DNA from: Deltaproteobacteria bacterium
GTDB taxonomy: Bacteria; Desulfobacterota; Syntrophia; Syntrophales; Smithellaceae
Length of the DNA stretch: 64,000 nucleotides
NCBI GenBank assembly: GCA_025361065.1
Contig: JANYAY010000064.1
Location: 40,086 to 104,085, forward strand
Direction of reading: 5' to 3'
Positions 1 through 9,449 of this stretch are shown in pieces. Position 1 is the stretch's first letter; every line of letters starts with the position of its first letter. Position numbers and translations under genes: made by a program. The notes beneath the pieces were generated by a model. That model saw only the letters and a list, made by a program, of their open reading frames with translations. It was not told where the DNA came from and ran no database searches.

Positions 1-666
1 TTCCCTGCGTCGCCTGCGAGCAACTGTCTGCATCTTCTCCTTGTATGTATTGTATGCCGTAATCATGGCTCGTTCCTGCTTTCTACGGGCAATGTCGATC
101 AGGGCTTTTTTGGATACTAGACGATTGCCACGACAGTCATTCCGGAGTTCCTGCGGCAAGCGGTTGATCAAAAGAATATCGGAAATTGTTGTGCGCGCCT
201 TACCGATAACAGAACTGAGCTGCTCATGAGTATATTTCTGCTGCTCGAGGAGCCTCTGCAATGCTTCCGCTTCTTCCACGACCGTGAGGTCCTGACGCAG
301 CAGGTTTTCAATGAGAGAGATTTCGGAAGAATTGCCATTGACATAAATAGCCGGCACAGAACTCATGCCGGCCTTGCGGGCAGCAATAATACGGCGTTCT
401 CCGGCAACAATGACCAGATTGCCGTCATCATTTTGGCGAAAAAGTATAGGTTCCAGAATGCCATGCTTCCTGATGGAGGCAGTAAGTTCTTCCAGTGCAT
501 GTGCATCAATAACCTTTCGTGGTTGATCAGGATCAGCCAGGAGATCATTTAGAGAGAGGTTATAGAGCTTGCCTCTTTCATACACGACATCTTTGTTATC
601 TGCCATTTCCACCGAACCCAAAGAATAGTCCTCGATATTATTTTTTCTTTTTATTGGGGAGGTCAT
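1..666 (-). CDS. ParB/Spo0J-family (ParB/Srx N-terminal domain) protein; C-terminus cut by the window edge
   Basis: My own minus-strand translation from the ATG at 666 reads MTSPIKRKNNIEDY...LEPILFRQNDDGNLVIVAGERRIIAARKAG...IENLLRQDLTVVEEAEALQRL...HEQLSSVIGKARTTISD. This shows the ParB box (GERRxxAA) and an HTH region. It is missing from the ORF track because there is no stop codon inside the window. Confidence 0.8.
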   Translation of the reverse strand, partial: MTSPIKRKNNIEDYSLGSVEMADNKDVVYERGKLYNLSLNDLLADPDQPRKVIDAHALEELTASIRKHGILEPILFRQNDDGNLVIVAGERRIIAARKAGMSSVPAIYVNGNSSEISLIENLLRQDLTVVEEAEALQRLLEQQKYTHEQLSSVIGKARTTISDILLINRLPQELRNDCRGNRLVSKKALIDIARRKQERAMITAYNTYKEKMQTVARRRRRE

Positions 667-1253
667 TAAAAGTCAGGTGTAATAAGAATTAATTGTTGAT
701 GCTAACTGATACAGCTTCGCCCTCTGAATTACATTGAGAATGCTTTCTCTATTTATCTGCCAGGGGCAAATACAAATAATTACTGAAGTTATTCTCAGAA
801 AGGAACCAGCCTTATTAAAAATAACTCCCTGATATCCGATCAAAAGAAATTTTCAATAAATCTGCTTAAAATAGCCTTTGAATGCTTTTATAAAGGTTGG
901 AAGAATAATTTCCTATCGGGTATCCGCTGATTTGCTCTCAGGTATTAACTGATTTGCCCTCGGCTGTTCCCTGATTCATATTAATAAACTGCTGCTGTAA
1001 ATGGGTTGATGATATGATATCCGGCATCAATAAGGATATCTCAATAGACCGATAAATATTGGATATATTTGATAATATAAGATTATTTGTGCTCCGTAAA
1101 TTTTATTTCAGCTTTATTTTCATAAAGTTCCACCTGCCATCTGCCGATAAAAAAATAGATGCAAAATTATCTCTGGAAAAGTCAGGACGAAAGTCCGGAT
1201 ATCAAAGTCTCATGCAGCGACAAAGTATTCGTACTTGTTGGTCAGGATATGAT

Positions 1254-1649
1254 ATGAATAATAATTACTTTAATTTTAAATCTGCTTTTATTTTAGTATT
1301 GCTGGTGGGATTCTTTATTTCCGGTTGCGCAGGCGAACTGGTGTGCAGGCACCATGTCCTGGAATTGGCATCAATGGGTGTCGAAAAAAGGCTGGAGACC
1401 CGCATTTCCGTCTATAAAGTGAACCACCCACTTTGGGAAGCACATGCACAAGCGCAGGTAAAAGTTGACGGCAAATGGAAATGGATGAACGATTGGTTCG
1501 GCTATGTAATCTTTGAGAATGAACCTACATTCACTCCAACCGGCTACGTCTTGTTTTATTCAATACCAGAGTATCTGGAAATTTTACACAAAGGATCTTA
1601 CTCTACCGGGGAAGTCACTACATCCCAATTTTTTGATCATAAGAAGTAA
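1254..1649 (+). CDS. small putative lipoprotein, function unknown
   Basis: An internal Met at 1254 gives MNNNYFNFKSAFILVLLVGFFISGC, which is a signal peptide plus a lipobox Cys. The 65 codons upstream of it in the ORF are low-complexity and AT-rich. Confidence 0.55.
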   Translation: MNNNYFNFKSAFILVLLVGFFISGCAGELVCRHHVLELASMGVEKRLETRISVYKVNHPLWEAHAQAQVKVDGKWKWMNDWFGYVIFENEPTFTPTGYVLFYSIPEYLEILHKGSYSTGEVTTSQFFDHKK

Positions 1650-1896
1650 CCTTCATTGCTCATAGTCATTTTAGTTTGCAGCTATTCTTGCTCATATCCA
1701 ACATGAACATCCACTTTTCATTATAATCAATCCTTTTTTACGAAATTACCCTTTTTTCATCCATCCACTGATAATCGTTTAAGAGAATAGTCACAAGGCA
1801 TCGGGTTTTCTCCCTATGGAAAGTAAAACCGGAAGATGAAATAATATAAGGTCTAAAAAACTGACGGCAACAATCCAGAAATCCGGATTAAAGGGT

Positions 1897-3426
1897 ATGA
1901 ATATGAATCAGGCTATAACAGCGATTAAAATGGGAACTCTTCCCAAAGTTCCCGTTGTGCTGGATGGACTATCTTCCCGGTTTATTCGGGATAACAGGAT
2001 AATTCCGCTGGAAATGAAAAATAATGTGCTTAAGGTTGTGATGGCCGACCCTTCCAGTAAAGAGATTATTGACGCCTTGAGAGTGGCTCTGCTTGCGGAT
2101 GTCCAGGTATATTCCGGTGATGAAAAAGCTATCGACGATTATATAGCGCGGTATTACGCCCAGGAGACCCAGGAAATTAACAAGATCATCGAAAATATAG
2201 ACGACAAGGGATTCGAATATGCAGCTGAAGACGGGGAAGATGTAGGCCATCTCAAAGATCTGGCATCAGAAGCGCCAATCATCAAGTTGGTTAACCTGAT
2301 CATTGCCCGGGCACTGGAGAGCAGAGCAAGTGACATTCATGTGGAACCTTATGAGGACGAATTGATCATCCGTTATCGCATTGATGGAGTTCTCCATAAT
2401 GTGGAGACAGCGCCAAAGAAATTGCAGGCGGCTATTGTCTCCAGAATAAAGATTATGGCAAAACTCAATATCGCCGAGAGGCGTCTTCCTCAGGACGGCC
2501 GTATCCGAATCAAAGTCAGCAATAAGGAAATCGATCTCCGTGTTTCCAGCATGCCTGTTCTTTACGGAGAAAGCATCGTCATGAGGATCCTCGACAAGGA
2601 AGGTATCGTCATTGATCTTGAACGCCTGGGATTCACTAACTCCACGCTCGCGCAATTCCAAAAACTAATACAAAAACCCCACGGCATAATCCTTGTCACC
2701 GGTCCTACCGGTAGCGGCAAAACGACAACTCTTTACGGCGCCCTCGATAAAATCAATTCTCCCGACAAGAAGATCATTACTGTCGAGGATCCCATTGAGT
2801 ATCAATTAAAAGGGGTCAACCAAATACAGGTCAAACCACAAATCGGGCTCAATTTTGCCAATACGCTGCGCCACATTGTCCGCCAGGATCCCGATGTCAT
2901 CATGATTGGAGAGATCCGGGATCTGGAAACAGCTGAAATTGCCGTTCAGTCCGCCCTTACCGGACATTTAGTTCTCTCCACATTGCATACCAATGATGCT
3001 CCGAGTGCCATCACTAGACTCCTGGATCTGGGCCTGGAAAGCTTCCTTTTGTCATCAACGATCAGGGGCATACTGGCACAGAGACTCGTGCGCATTATAT
3101 GTCCACACTGCAAGGAGAAAGATATTTCGGGAGTTGGCCTGGAAGGTCTGCCGGCAGCAGATAAACCTGCCGACAATATCCTCTATCACGGAAAAGGATG
3201 TGAAAAATGCACATTCACAGGATACCATGGCCGACTGGGCATCTTTGAATTGCTGGTTATCGATGATGATATCCGCCGGCTTATCCTTCGGAACGCCGAT
3301 GCCAATGAACTAAGACAAATGGCCATTAAGCAAGGCATGAAAACTATTCTGGAAGACGGCAGCCTCAAAGTCAGGCAAGGCGCGACGACTTTAAGTGAAG
3401 TATTCCGGGTAACTCAGGAGGTATAA
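1897..3426 (+). CDS. gspE: type II secretion / type IV pilus assembly ATPase (GspE/PilB family)
   Basis: 509 aa with an N-terminal T2SSE_N-like region. It has Walker A GPTGSGKTTT, an Asp box, Walker B and His box, and a tetracysteine motif CPHC...CEKC. Confidence 0.88.
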   Translation: MNMNQAITAIKMGTLPKVPVVLDGLSSRFIRDNRIIPLEMKNNVLKVVMADPSSKEIIDALRVALLADVQVYSGDEKAIDDYIARYYAQETQEINKIIENIDDKGFEYAAEDGEDVGHLKDLASEAPIIKLVNLIIARALESRASDIHVEPYEDELIIRYRIDGVLHNVETAPKKLQAAIVSRIKIMAKLNIAERRLPQDGRIRIKVSNKEIDLRVSSMPVLYGESIVMRILDKEGIVIDLERLGFTNSTLAQFQKLIQKPHGIILVTGPTGSGKTTTLYGALDKINSPDKKIITVEDPIEYQLKGVNQIQVKPQIGLNFANTLRHIVRQDPDVIMIGEIRDLETAEIAVQSALTGHLVLSTLHTNDAPSAITRLLDLGLESFLLSSTIRGILAQRLVRIICPHCKEKDISGVGLEGLPAADKPADNILYHGKGCEKCTFTGYHGRLGIFELLVIDDDIRRLILRNADANELRQMAIKQGMKTILEDGSLKVRQGATTLSEVFRVTQEV

Positions 3427-4623
3427 ATGCCCATCTTTTCTTATCGCTCAACTACCCTGGAGGGAGTCATTGCCGAAGGAGTAATTGAGGCTCCGGACGA
3501 AAATACGGTCATAGAAAGGATCAAAAATTCAGGGGTCATTCCTCTGGAAGTAAAGGCTGCGACTTCCAATAGCTTCAGCTCTAAATTCAAGCTCAAAACG
3601 AATACGGGTGATCTGGCAGCCTTTACGGCAGAGTTGTCATCCCTTCTGGAAGCGGGACTGCCTCTGGATAGGGCATTGAATATCCTGTCGGAAATATCCG
3701 AGCATGCAAAAATGAAAGAGACCATTAAATCATTACTCAAATCCATCCGGAGTGGAATTTCGTTTTCGGATTCACTTCAGAAACACCCAAATATATTCCC
3801 CAGGATTTATGTCAATATGGTTCGTGCGGGCGAAGCCGGCGGGCTTCTGGTTGTGATCCTGGAACGACTCAATGAATTTCTCGAATCCTCCAAGGAACTG
3901 AAAGATCATATCATCTCTGCCATGATTTATCCGGCAATACTTTTTGTGACAGGTGGTATTTCCATTATCATTCTTCTCACCTTCGTCCTTCCCCGATTTT
4001 CCGTTATTTTTGCTGAAATAGGCAGTTCTCTACCCATTTCGACTCAGATTCTCCTTATTCTAAGCGAAATACTTAAATCATATGGATGGATAATTCTTAT
4101 AATGATCATCTCGGCTTGGTTTATCATAAGAAATTATGTTGCTTCCGATCGGGGACGGTATAAGTGGGATAGCTTGAAGCTTAAGCTAATGGAAGATATT
4201 ATAAAAAAGCTGGAAACCGCCAGGTTCTGTAAAACTTTGGGAACGCTTTTATCCAGTGGCGTTCCTTTGCTTCAAGCACTGAACAATTCCCGGGAAGTCA
4301 TCGGCAACCGGGTCATTGCATTGGCTATCGAAAACGTTTCCAAAGGTGCCAAAGAAGGCAGAGGCATCTCTGACCCGCTTGCTCAGGCCGGTGTTTTCCC
4401 CCCTCTTGCTTTGTCCATGATCAAGGTTGGCGAAGAAACGGGCACTCTCGATCAAATGCTGATCCGTGTTGCCGTAATCTATGAAAAAAACCTGAAGCAG
4501 GCAGTCAAAAGATTCATGGCGCTGCTGGAACCGATCATGATTCTTTTTATGGGGTTAATTATCGGCTTCATCGTTGTATCGATGCTTCTTGCTGTTTTCA
4601 GCATTTCGGATATGCCTTTGTGA
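3427..4623 (+). CDS. gspF: type II secretion / type IV pilus platform protein (GspF/PilC family)
   Basis: 398 aa with a duplicated GspF-type domain and three hydrophobic segments. It starts directly after the gspE stop codon. Confidence 0.88.
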   Translation: MPIFSYRSTTLEGVIAEGVIEAPDENTVIERIKNSGVIPLEVKAATSNSFSSKFKLKTNTGDLAAFTAELSSLLEAGLPLDRALNILSEISEHAKMKETIKSLLKSIRSGISFSDSLQKHPNIFPRIYVNMVRAGEAGGLLVVILERLNEFLESSKELKDHIISAMIYPAILFVTGGISIIILLTFVLPRFSVIFAEIGSSLPISTQILLILSEILKSYGWIILIMIISAWFIIRNYVASDRGRYKWDSLKLKLMEDIIKKLETARFCKTLGTLLSSGVPLLQALNNSREVIGNRVIALAIENVSKGAKEGRGISDPLAQAGVFPPLALSMIKVGEETGTLDQMLIRVAVIYEKNLKQAVKRFMALLEPIMILFMGLIIGFIVVSMLLAVFSISDMPL

Positions 4624-4664
4624 TCATGAATAATCATCAATTATCAACCTGGAGATGGCCACCA

Positions 4665-5111
4665 ATGAAAATAAACTTTAAAGGCTTTACACTCCTGGAG
4701 CTCATAATTGTTCTGTTCCTTATTACTCTCATCCTGGGTTTGTCGGCTGTTTTTTTCACCGGGTTTCTGCCTGCCGCCAAGTTTGATGCAACCGGAAGAG
4801 AAATATCGGCCATTATACGTCATACTAGGTCTCTCGCCCGCATAAATATGGAAAGTCGGACTTTCATGATTGATCTGGACAATAACTCTTATGGCATTGT
4901 GGGAGTTCCGGTCAAATATATTCCGCAGGGAATTTTGATTAAAGTGATTGATCCATTTTCCGGTGAGATCACGCACGGGAAATATTCTATCGTTTTCAAT
5001 CCCGCCGGTGCCATGACTGGAGGAACTATGATATTGTCCCAGGGAAAAAGGATATTGCAAATTGAGTTGGATCCCATAACGGGTGCCGTATTGATCAGAG
5101 GTGGATCATGA
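4665..5111 (+). CDS. prepilin-type N-terminal cleavage/methylation domain protein, GspH-like minor pseudopilin
   Basis: MKINFKGFTLLELIIVLFLITLILGL matches the class III signal (G/FTLLE). A GGAG Shine-Dalgarno lies upstream of the ATG at 4665. Confidence 0.75.
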   Translation: MKINFKGFTLLELIIVLFLITLILGLSAVFFTGFLPAAKFDATGREISAIIRHTRSLARINMESRTFMIDLDNNSYGIVGVPVKYIPQGILIKVIDPFSGEITHGKYSIVFNPAGAMTGGTMILSQGKRILQIELDPITGAVLIRGGS

Positions 5112-5528
5112 TCATATTGATTGAATGATGCCTTAGATCGTGATATTCATTAAATGATTCAATATAAAAACAGGATCGTGGCGACCTGAATAGAAAACCG
5201 GGTAATTTTCTTAAGGCAATGGATTAGAATGTTTAAGTGAATGGCTGTGTTGAAATAAGGGACTAACCGATTTCTATAAACAGTATAAACTTATATCATG
5301 TTGCTCAAAGAAAAGGATGGGTTAATAAATTTCGCATCTTCTATTCTCTTGTATTTTTGTAATAGATCTGAAGAAGCAGATAAAGGAAATCAGGCATAGT
5401 TTGATTTATCGATTGATTATAGACAGATTCTCCATGCAGCAGAATCATTGATGCTGCCTAGACCAGACTCCAAAAAACCGACTATGCGGTCTTAGTACAA
5501 AAAAACAGGAAGGAGTTACACGATAGAA

Positions 5529-6179
5529 ATGAAGACTACAGTTCTTCTCGTCGATGATCATAAGATTTTCAGGGATGGCCTCCGGACTCTTATTGAAAAA
5601 GAAGGAATGGAGGTCGTGGGCGAGGCCGAGAATGGCAGAAAAACAATCAAACTGGCTGAGAAGCTGCTGCCGAATGTTATCATTATGGATGTCAGTATGC
5701 CGGACATGAATGGCATAGAGGCCACACGGAAAATCATCGCCGGATTCCCGGCAATAAAAGTCATCGCCCTTTCCATGCACTCGGATCGCCGATTCGTACT
5801 TGGCATGCTCGAAGCCGGTGCGTCAGGTTACCTTCTGAAAGATTGCGCCTTCGGAGAACTGGCCAGCGCGATAAAACAGGTCCTGACAGGCAATAAATAT
5901 CTCAGCCCGAAAATCGCAGATGTAGTTGTAAAAGGATACCTCAATAAATCAACCGATTCTTTCGTCAGCGGAGGTTCCATTCTTACTTCAAGGGAACGTG
6001 AGATTTTGCAGCTTATTGCTGAAGGGCTCACTGCAAAGGAAATAGCCAATCATGTATTTCTGAGCGTCAAAACTGTCGAAACCCACCGGCGGAATATCAT
6101 GCAGAAACTCAATATGAGAAGCACGGTAGACCTGACTAAGTATGCCATACGTGAAGGATTGACTTCTCTGGATAATTGA
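5529..6179 (+). CDS. NarL/LuxR-family response regulator (REC + LuxR HTH)
   Basis: It has VLLVDDH...[10 protein letters not shown], the phospho-acceptor Asp context. The C-terminus has [43 protein letters not shown]. No histidine kinase gene is adjacent. Confidence 0.9.
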   Translation: MKTTVLLVDDHKIFRDGLRTLIEKEGMEVVGEAENGRKTIKLAEKLLPNVIIMDVSMPDMNGIEATRKIIAGFPAIKVIALSMHSDRRFVLGMLEAGASGYLLKDCAFGELASAIKQVLTGNKYLSPKIADVVVKGYLNKSTDSFVSGGSILTSREREILQLIAEGLTAKEIANHVFLSVKTVETHRRNIMQKLNMRSTVDLTKYAIREGLTSLDN

Positions 6180-6278
6180 TAAAGATAAGGTCTCACCCGT
6201 ATTTTTCACTGATGGATATGGACAAATCCGGCAAAAACCATATAGTTTGTAATCAACTTCATTCAGCACAACATCATC

Positions 6279-6662
6279 CTAATTCTCAACTGTAATTATT
6301 CCTGTCATGTCTTCATGTCCACTGCCACAGAAAACATCACAGTGAAACGGAAAGACGCCGGCTTTGTCAGGAATAAATCTCACCCGGGTCGTCTTTCGGG
6401 GGAAAATGTCAGCCCGGAGATGTAGTGTCGGGCAATGGAATCCGTGAACTTTATCCAGAGAAGTAAGTTCTAGCACTACCGGGGTCCCCGCTTTTACTTT
6501 TACATTGGCAGGAAAATATTCAAAGGTCTTTGCCATCACTTTTATCACCTGTTCCTGCTTCTCCTCGGCGGGAACAGGTATTACAGTAATACAGGAGACA
6601 ACCGCAAATACAGCAAATACATATATTGTTAGAATAGAAGGAAATAATTTTATCTGTTTCAT
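6279..6662 (-). CDS. secreted cupredoxin-domain protein with a CuA-type (COX2-like) metal motif
   Basis: It has an N-terminal signal/TM segment. VHGFHCP...FHCDVFCGSGHEDM gives H...C-x3-C-x3-H-x2-M spacing. It overlaps the upstream ORF by 4 nt. Confidence 0.75.
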   Translation of the reverse strand: MKQIKLFPSILTIYVFAVFAVVSCITVIPVPAEEKQEQVIKVMAKTFEYFPANVKVKAGTPVVLELTSLDKVHGFHCPTLHLRADIFPRKTTRVRFIPDKAGVFPFHCDVFCGSGHEDMTGIITVEN

Positions 6663-7558
6663 AATTTTTTCCCCATTATGGTAAATTCATTGATGTTATA
6701 ATTGGTCTCCTTGATCTTTGCATCTATGCCGCGAAACCCAAGATTCTTATATGGTACTGCTTCATCCCAGGGTACAGGCATTTTTTTCGGAACGGATCCT
6801 GGAGCAGGCAAAGGATACATAAGCCCCTGCTCAGCGTGATGAGCTATGTGACCGGTAGTAAAATTATGGATCTGATGGATGTGGCCATAAAATACAGTTA
6901 CATTGGAATAAGGCATGAGTAGATTGACTGCCTTTGCCCCGTCTCTTGTATGCCAGTCCCAATCAGGATACAGATCAAATAAGGGACGATGGGTAAACAC
7001 GACGATCGGGGAATTTTTGTTAAGTTTTGTGAGATCTGTGCTTAACCATTGCAGTTGGGCATCGCCAATCTGGGATGTAGATCGGAAACATTATCCAGAA
7101 CGATAAAATGAATACCTTTATGGTCAAAAACATAATGGGTTTCCCCGAATAATTCCTTGAAAGCCACACCTTCATCCAGTCCGGCATCATGTTCTCCCGG
7201 CATAAACCTTATGTTTTGCACCTTGAGACCGCTGACTAAATCGCGAAATTCTGCAAGGCGTTTGCGCCGTTCGTTTTCATCGTCGGTTGTATGAGTCAAA
7301 TCGCCGGTGAACATGATGAAATCAGGTTTTTGGTCAAGTCCATTCACCGCAGCTATTGCTTTTCTGAGTGTACCTACTGCGTCTGGATTAATCTTCGGAC
7401 CATTAAATCCCCAATGCGTGTCCGACAATTGGATAAAGAAAAAACTATCAGTATCTGCAAAAGCCGGTCTGGCTAATTTACCAAATTGTCCGACACCGGA
7501 AACTATTACTGCGCTGCCAATCCCCAATAATTTTATAAACTCTCTTCTATATATACAT
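6659..7558 (-). pseudogene. Tat-signal calcineurin-like metallophosphoesterase, disrupted by two frame changes (or sequencing errors)
   Basis: Two ORFs (7042..7527 and 6659..7000) carry consecutive metallophosphoesterase motifs: DTHWG, GDLTH, GEHD, then GHIH. The frame changes near the GGG run at 7072-7074. The SD+ATG at 7558 is out of frame with the in-frame RREFIKLLGIGSA Tat-like motif, across a TATATAT run. Confidence 0.7.
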
Positions 7559-8012
7559 AGTGCCCTCCTTATTTACACGATTGTCCTGTTAAGCCGGATT
7601 GTTCGGATTAGCTATTGGCTGCTTAGGGATAATTATCAGGAATAATTCTTTAATTGTGGGTTTTTGTTTTATCATGATAATAATCATCAGCAGTTTGGCA
7701 TAATTGACGGCATCTGTTTATTTTCTATTCAATATACAATCGTTAAAAAATTGGTTTTTCAGCTTTATGTCAGGTTGATTTATAGAGATTTTGAAAGTTG
7801 ATCTTCCGAAAATTGTAATAATGGTAAGATGTAAGTGAAATGTCAGGTAATAGTTAATGATGATGTTCCCATGGGTAGCCTGGGTTCTTGGAGCAGGAGA
7901 CAGGGATTTAAATACGCAAACTGTATGGCACTAATACTTGAAGAGGCTTTTTAAGAATCTCGCAGATAGATTCAGAAAGAGATTGAACTTGTTGCTAAGT
8001 GCTTGATTTTAA

Positions 8013-8089
8013 TGGTCGGGGCGAGTGGATTTGAACCACCGGCCCTCTGAACCCCATTCAGATACGCTACCAGACTGCGCCACGCCCCG
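8013..8089 (-). tRNA. tRNA-Pro (anticodon GGG), with encoded CCA
   Basis: The reverse complement CGGGGCGTGGCGCAGTCTGGTAGCGTATCTGAATGGGGTTCAGAGGGCCGGTGGTTCAAATCCACTCGCCCCGACCA folds by hand into a cloverleaf. It has a 7-bp acceptor stem, anticodon stem TCTGA/TCAGA, loop AT-GGG-GT and T-loop TTCAAAT. Confidence 0.9.
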
Positions 8090-8270
8090 ACATTTTGTAA
8101 TGTTTTAAAGTGTTGAGGTCATTACCATCATCATAAAATCGTGTCAAGAACAAACGAATATCGGTAATTTATTTTAAAATAATTCAATATTATTTTCTGA
8201 GATACCGAAAATATATCTTGAACTAATAAGAACAATAAAGTAACCTTTAAGTATAGGTAATAATTAAGAC

Positions 8271-8876
8271 ATGTTAAAAAAACAAAATAAAAATGTTATT
8301 TTCCCAATATTTTTTCCGCTAATTGCTGTTTATTTTCTTTTTACAGCAGCCAATTTTGCAAATGCAGACATTTTTAAATATGTTGATGAAGAAGGTGTAT
8401 TGCATTTGACGAATGTTCCTTCTATTCCTAATGCCAAATACGTTCTTGTCATAAAAGAAAAACGGATTCTTTTCCGGTATAATATAGATGTAAACAAATT
8501 CGATCAAATCATCGTCAGGGCATCCAATAAGCATAAAATTGATCCCGCTTTAATCAAAGCGGTTATCAAAGCAGAATCGAACTTTAATCATCAGGCAATT
8601 TCACCCGTTGGGGCTCAAGGCCTGATGCAGCTAATGCCTGCTACAGCCTCCCAGTTACAAGTTGATGATGCGTTTCATCCGGAAAAAAATATTGAAGGCG
8701 GAGTACGTTACCTCAGATATCTTCTCACTCTTTATCGCGGCGATCTAACACTTGCCCTGGCTGCTTATAATGCCGGTGAAAAGGCTGTCTCCAAGTATAA
8801 TAATCAGGTACCTCCATATCGGGAAACCCAAAATTATGTAAAACGTGTATTGAGTTTCTATAACTCTTTTAAGTAA
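8271..8876 (+). CDS. lytic transglycosylase (SLT domain) with a DUF4124-like N-terminus
   Basis: It has a signal peptide, IFKYVDEEGVLHLTN (DUF4124-like), the catalytic AESNFN motif, and GAQGLMQLMPATA...AYNAG. Confidence 0.85.
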   Translation: MLKKQNKNVIFPIFFPLIAVYFLFTAANFANADIFKYVDEEGVLHLTNVPSIPNAKYVLVIKEKRILFRYNIDVNKFDQIIVRASNKHKIDPALIKAVIKAESNFNHQAISPVGAQGLMQLMPATASQLQVDDAFHPEKNIEGGVRYLRYLLTLYRGDLTLALAAYNAGEKAVSKYNNQVPPYRETQNYVKRVLSFYNSFK

Positions 8877-8882
8877 ATAGAT

Positions 8883-9434
8883 TCACCACTGCTTTTGTAA
8901 ATATAGATATTGTTTTAATTTGTTAAATTTCTTTTCTTTTATCCCGTCCGTTTCCATTAATTCTTCGATATTCTGGAAACATACTTTTTTGTTTCGTAAT
9001 GATAAAATTTTTTGTGCGGTTATTTCACCAATACCGGGAATTAAAAGCAAGTCCTCTTTCATGGCCGAATTAAGATCAATGGGCATTCCCAGCGCTAGTC
9101 TCCGAGCATTATCAATTCTTGCCCATGACACTTTCTCAGCTTTTTCGGAATCTATTATTAATTTCATTCCGTTATCGAGTACAAAATCTTCCGAACTTCT
9201 GAATTCAGTACCGGTCAGTTCTAACAGTTGATTGGCGGTAGTCCCGTTTGCAGTGAAATAGATACCTTTGCTGATATCTTTGTTCTGAATTTCCACTGTT
9301 AGAACATTATCATACCTATTAGCAAGGATCGGTATTTTATGGTTTAAGAAAAGATGGGAGAAAAAAATAATAAAGGGAATAATCGCCAAAATCAAAAACA
9401 TTACGATTAGTCCCCTTACTTGGTTCTTAAACAT
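8883..9434 (-). CDS. ComEA-like helix-hairpin-helix DNA-binding protein
   Basis: It has an N-terminal TM segment. The C-terminus LNSAMKEDLLLIPGIGEITAQKILSLR is an HhH motif. Confidence 0.7.
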   Translation of the reverse strand: MFKNQVRGLIVMFLILAIIPFIIFFSHLFLNHKIPILANRYDNVLTVEIQNKDISKGIYFTANGTTANQLLELTGTEFRSSEDFVLDNGMKLIIDSEKAEKVSWARIDNARRLALGMPIDLNSAMKEDLLLIPGIGEITAQKILSLRNKKVCFQNIEELMETDGIKEKKFNKLKQYLYLQKQW

Positions 9435-9449
9435 ATATTTAATTTATGA

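Noticed and set aside
226-552. 108-aa plus-strand ORF (and 41..229, 363..548) at the left edge
   Set aside because: It lies antisense to or overlapping a much better minus-strand reading frame with clear ParB motifs, and it has no recognisable motif of its own.
1059-1253. N-terminal 65 codons of ORF 1059..1649
   Set aside because: This stretch is low-complexity and AT-rich with no Shine-Dalgarno. The internal Met at 1254 gives a textbook lipoprotein signal peptide, so I trimmed the call.
667-1253. Replication origin, DnaA boxes or parS next to the ParB-like gene
   Set aside because: I found no TTATCCACA-like cluster and no TGTTTCACGTGAAACA-like palindrome. Only the short repeats reported as a low-interest finding are present.
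7307-7645. 112-aa plus-strand ORF overlapping the 5-prime part of the metallophosphoesterase locus
   Set aside because: It lies antisense to a frame with clear metallophosphoesterase and Tat-signal motifs, and it has no motif or Shine-Dalgarno.
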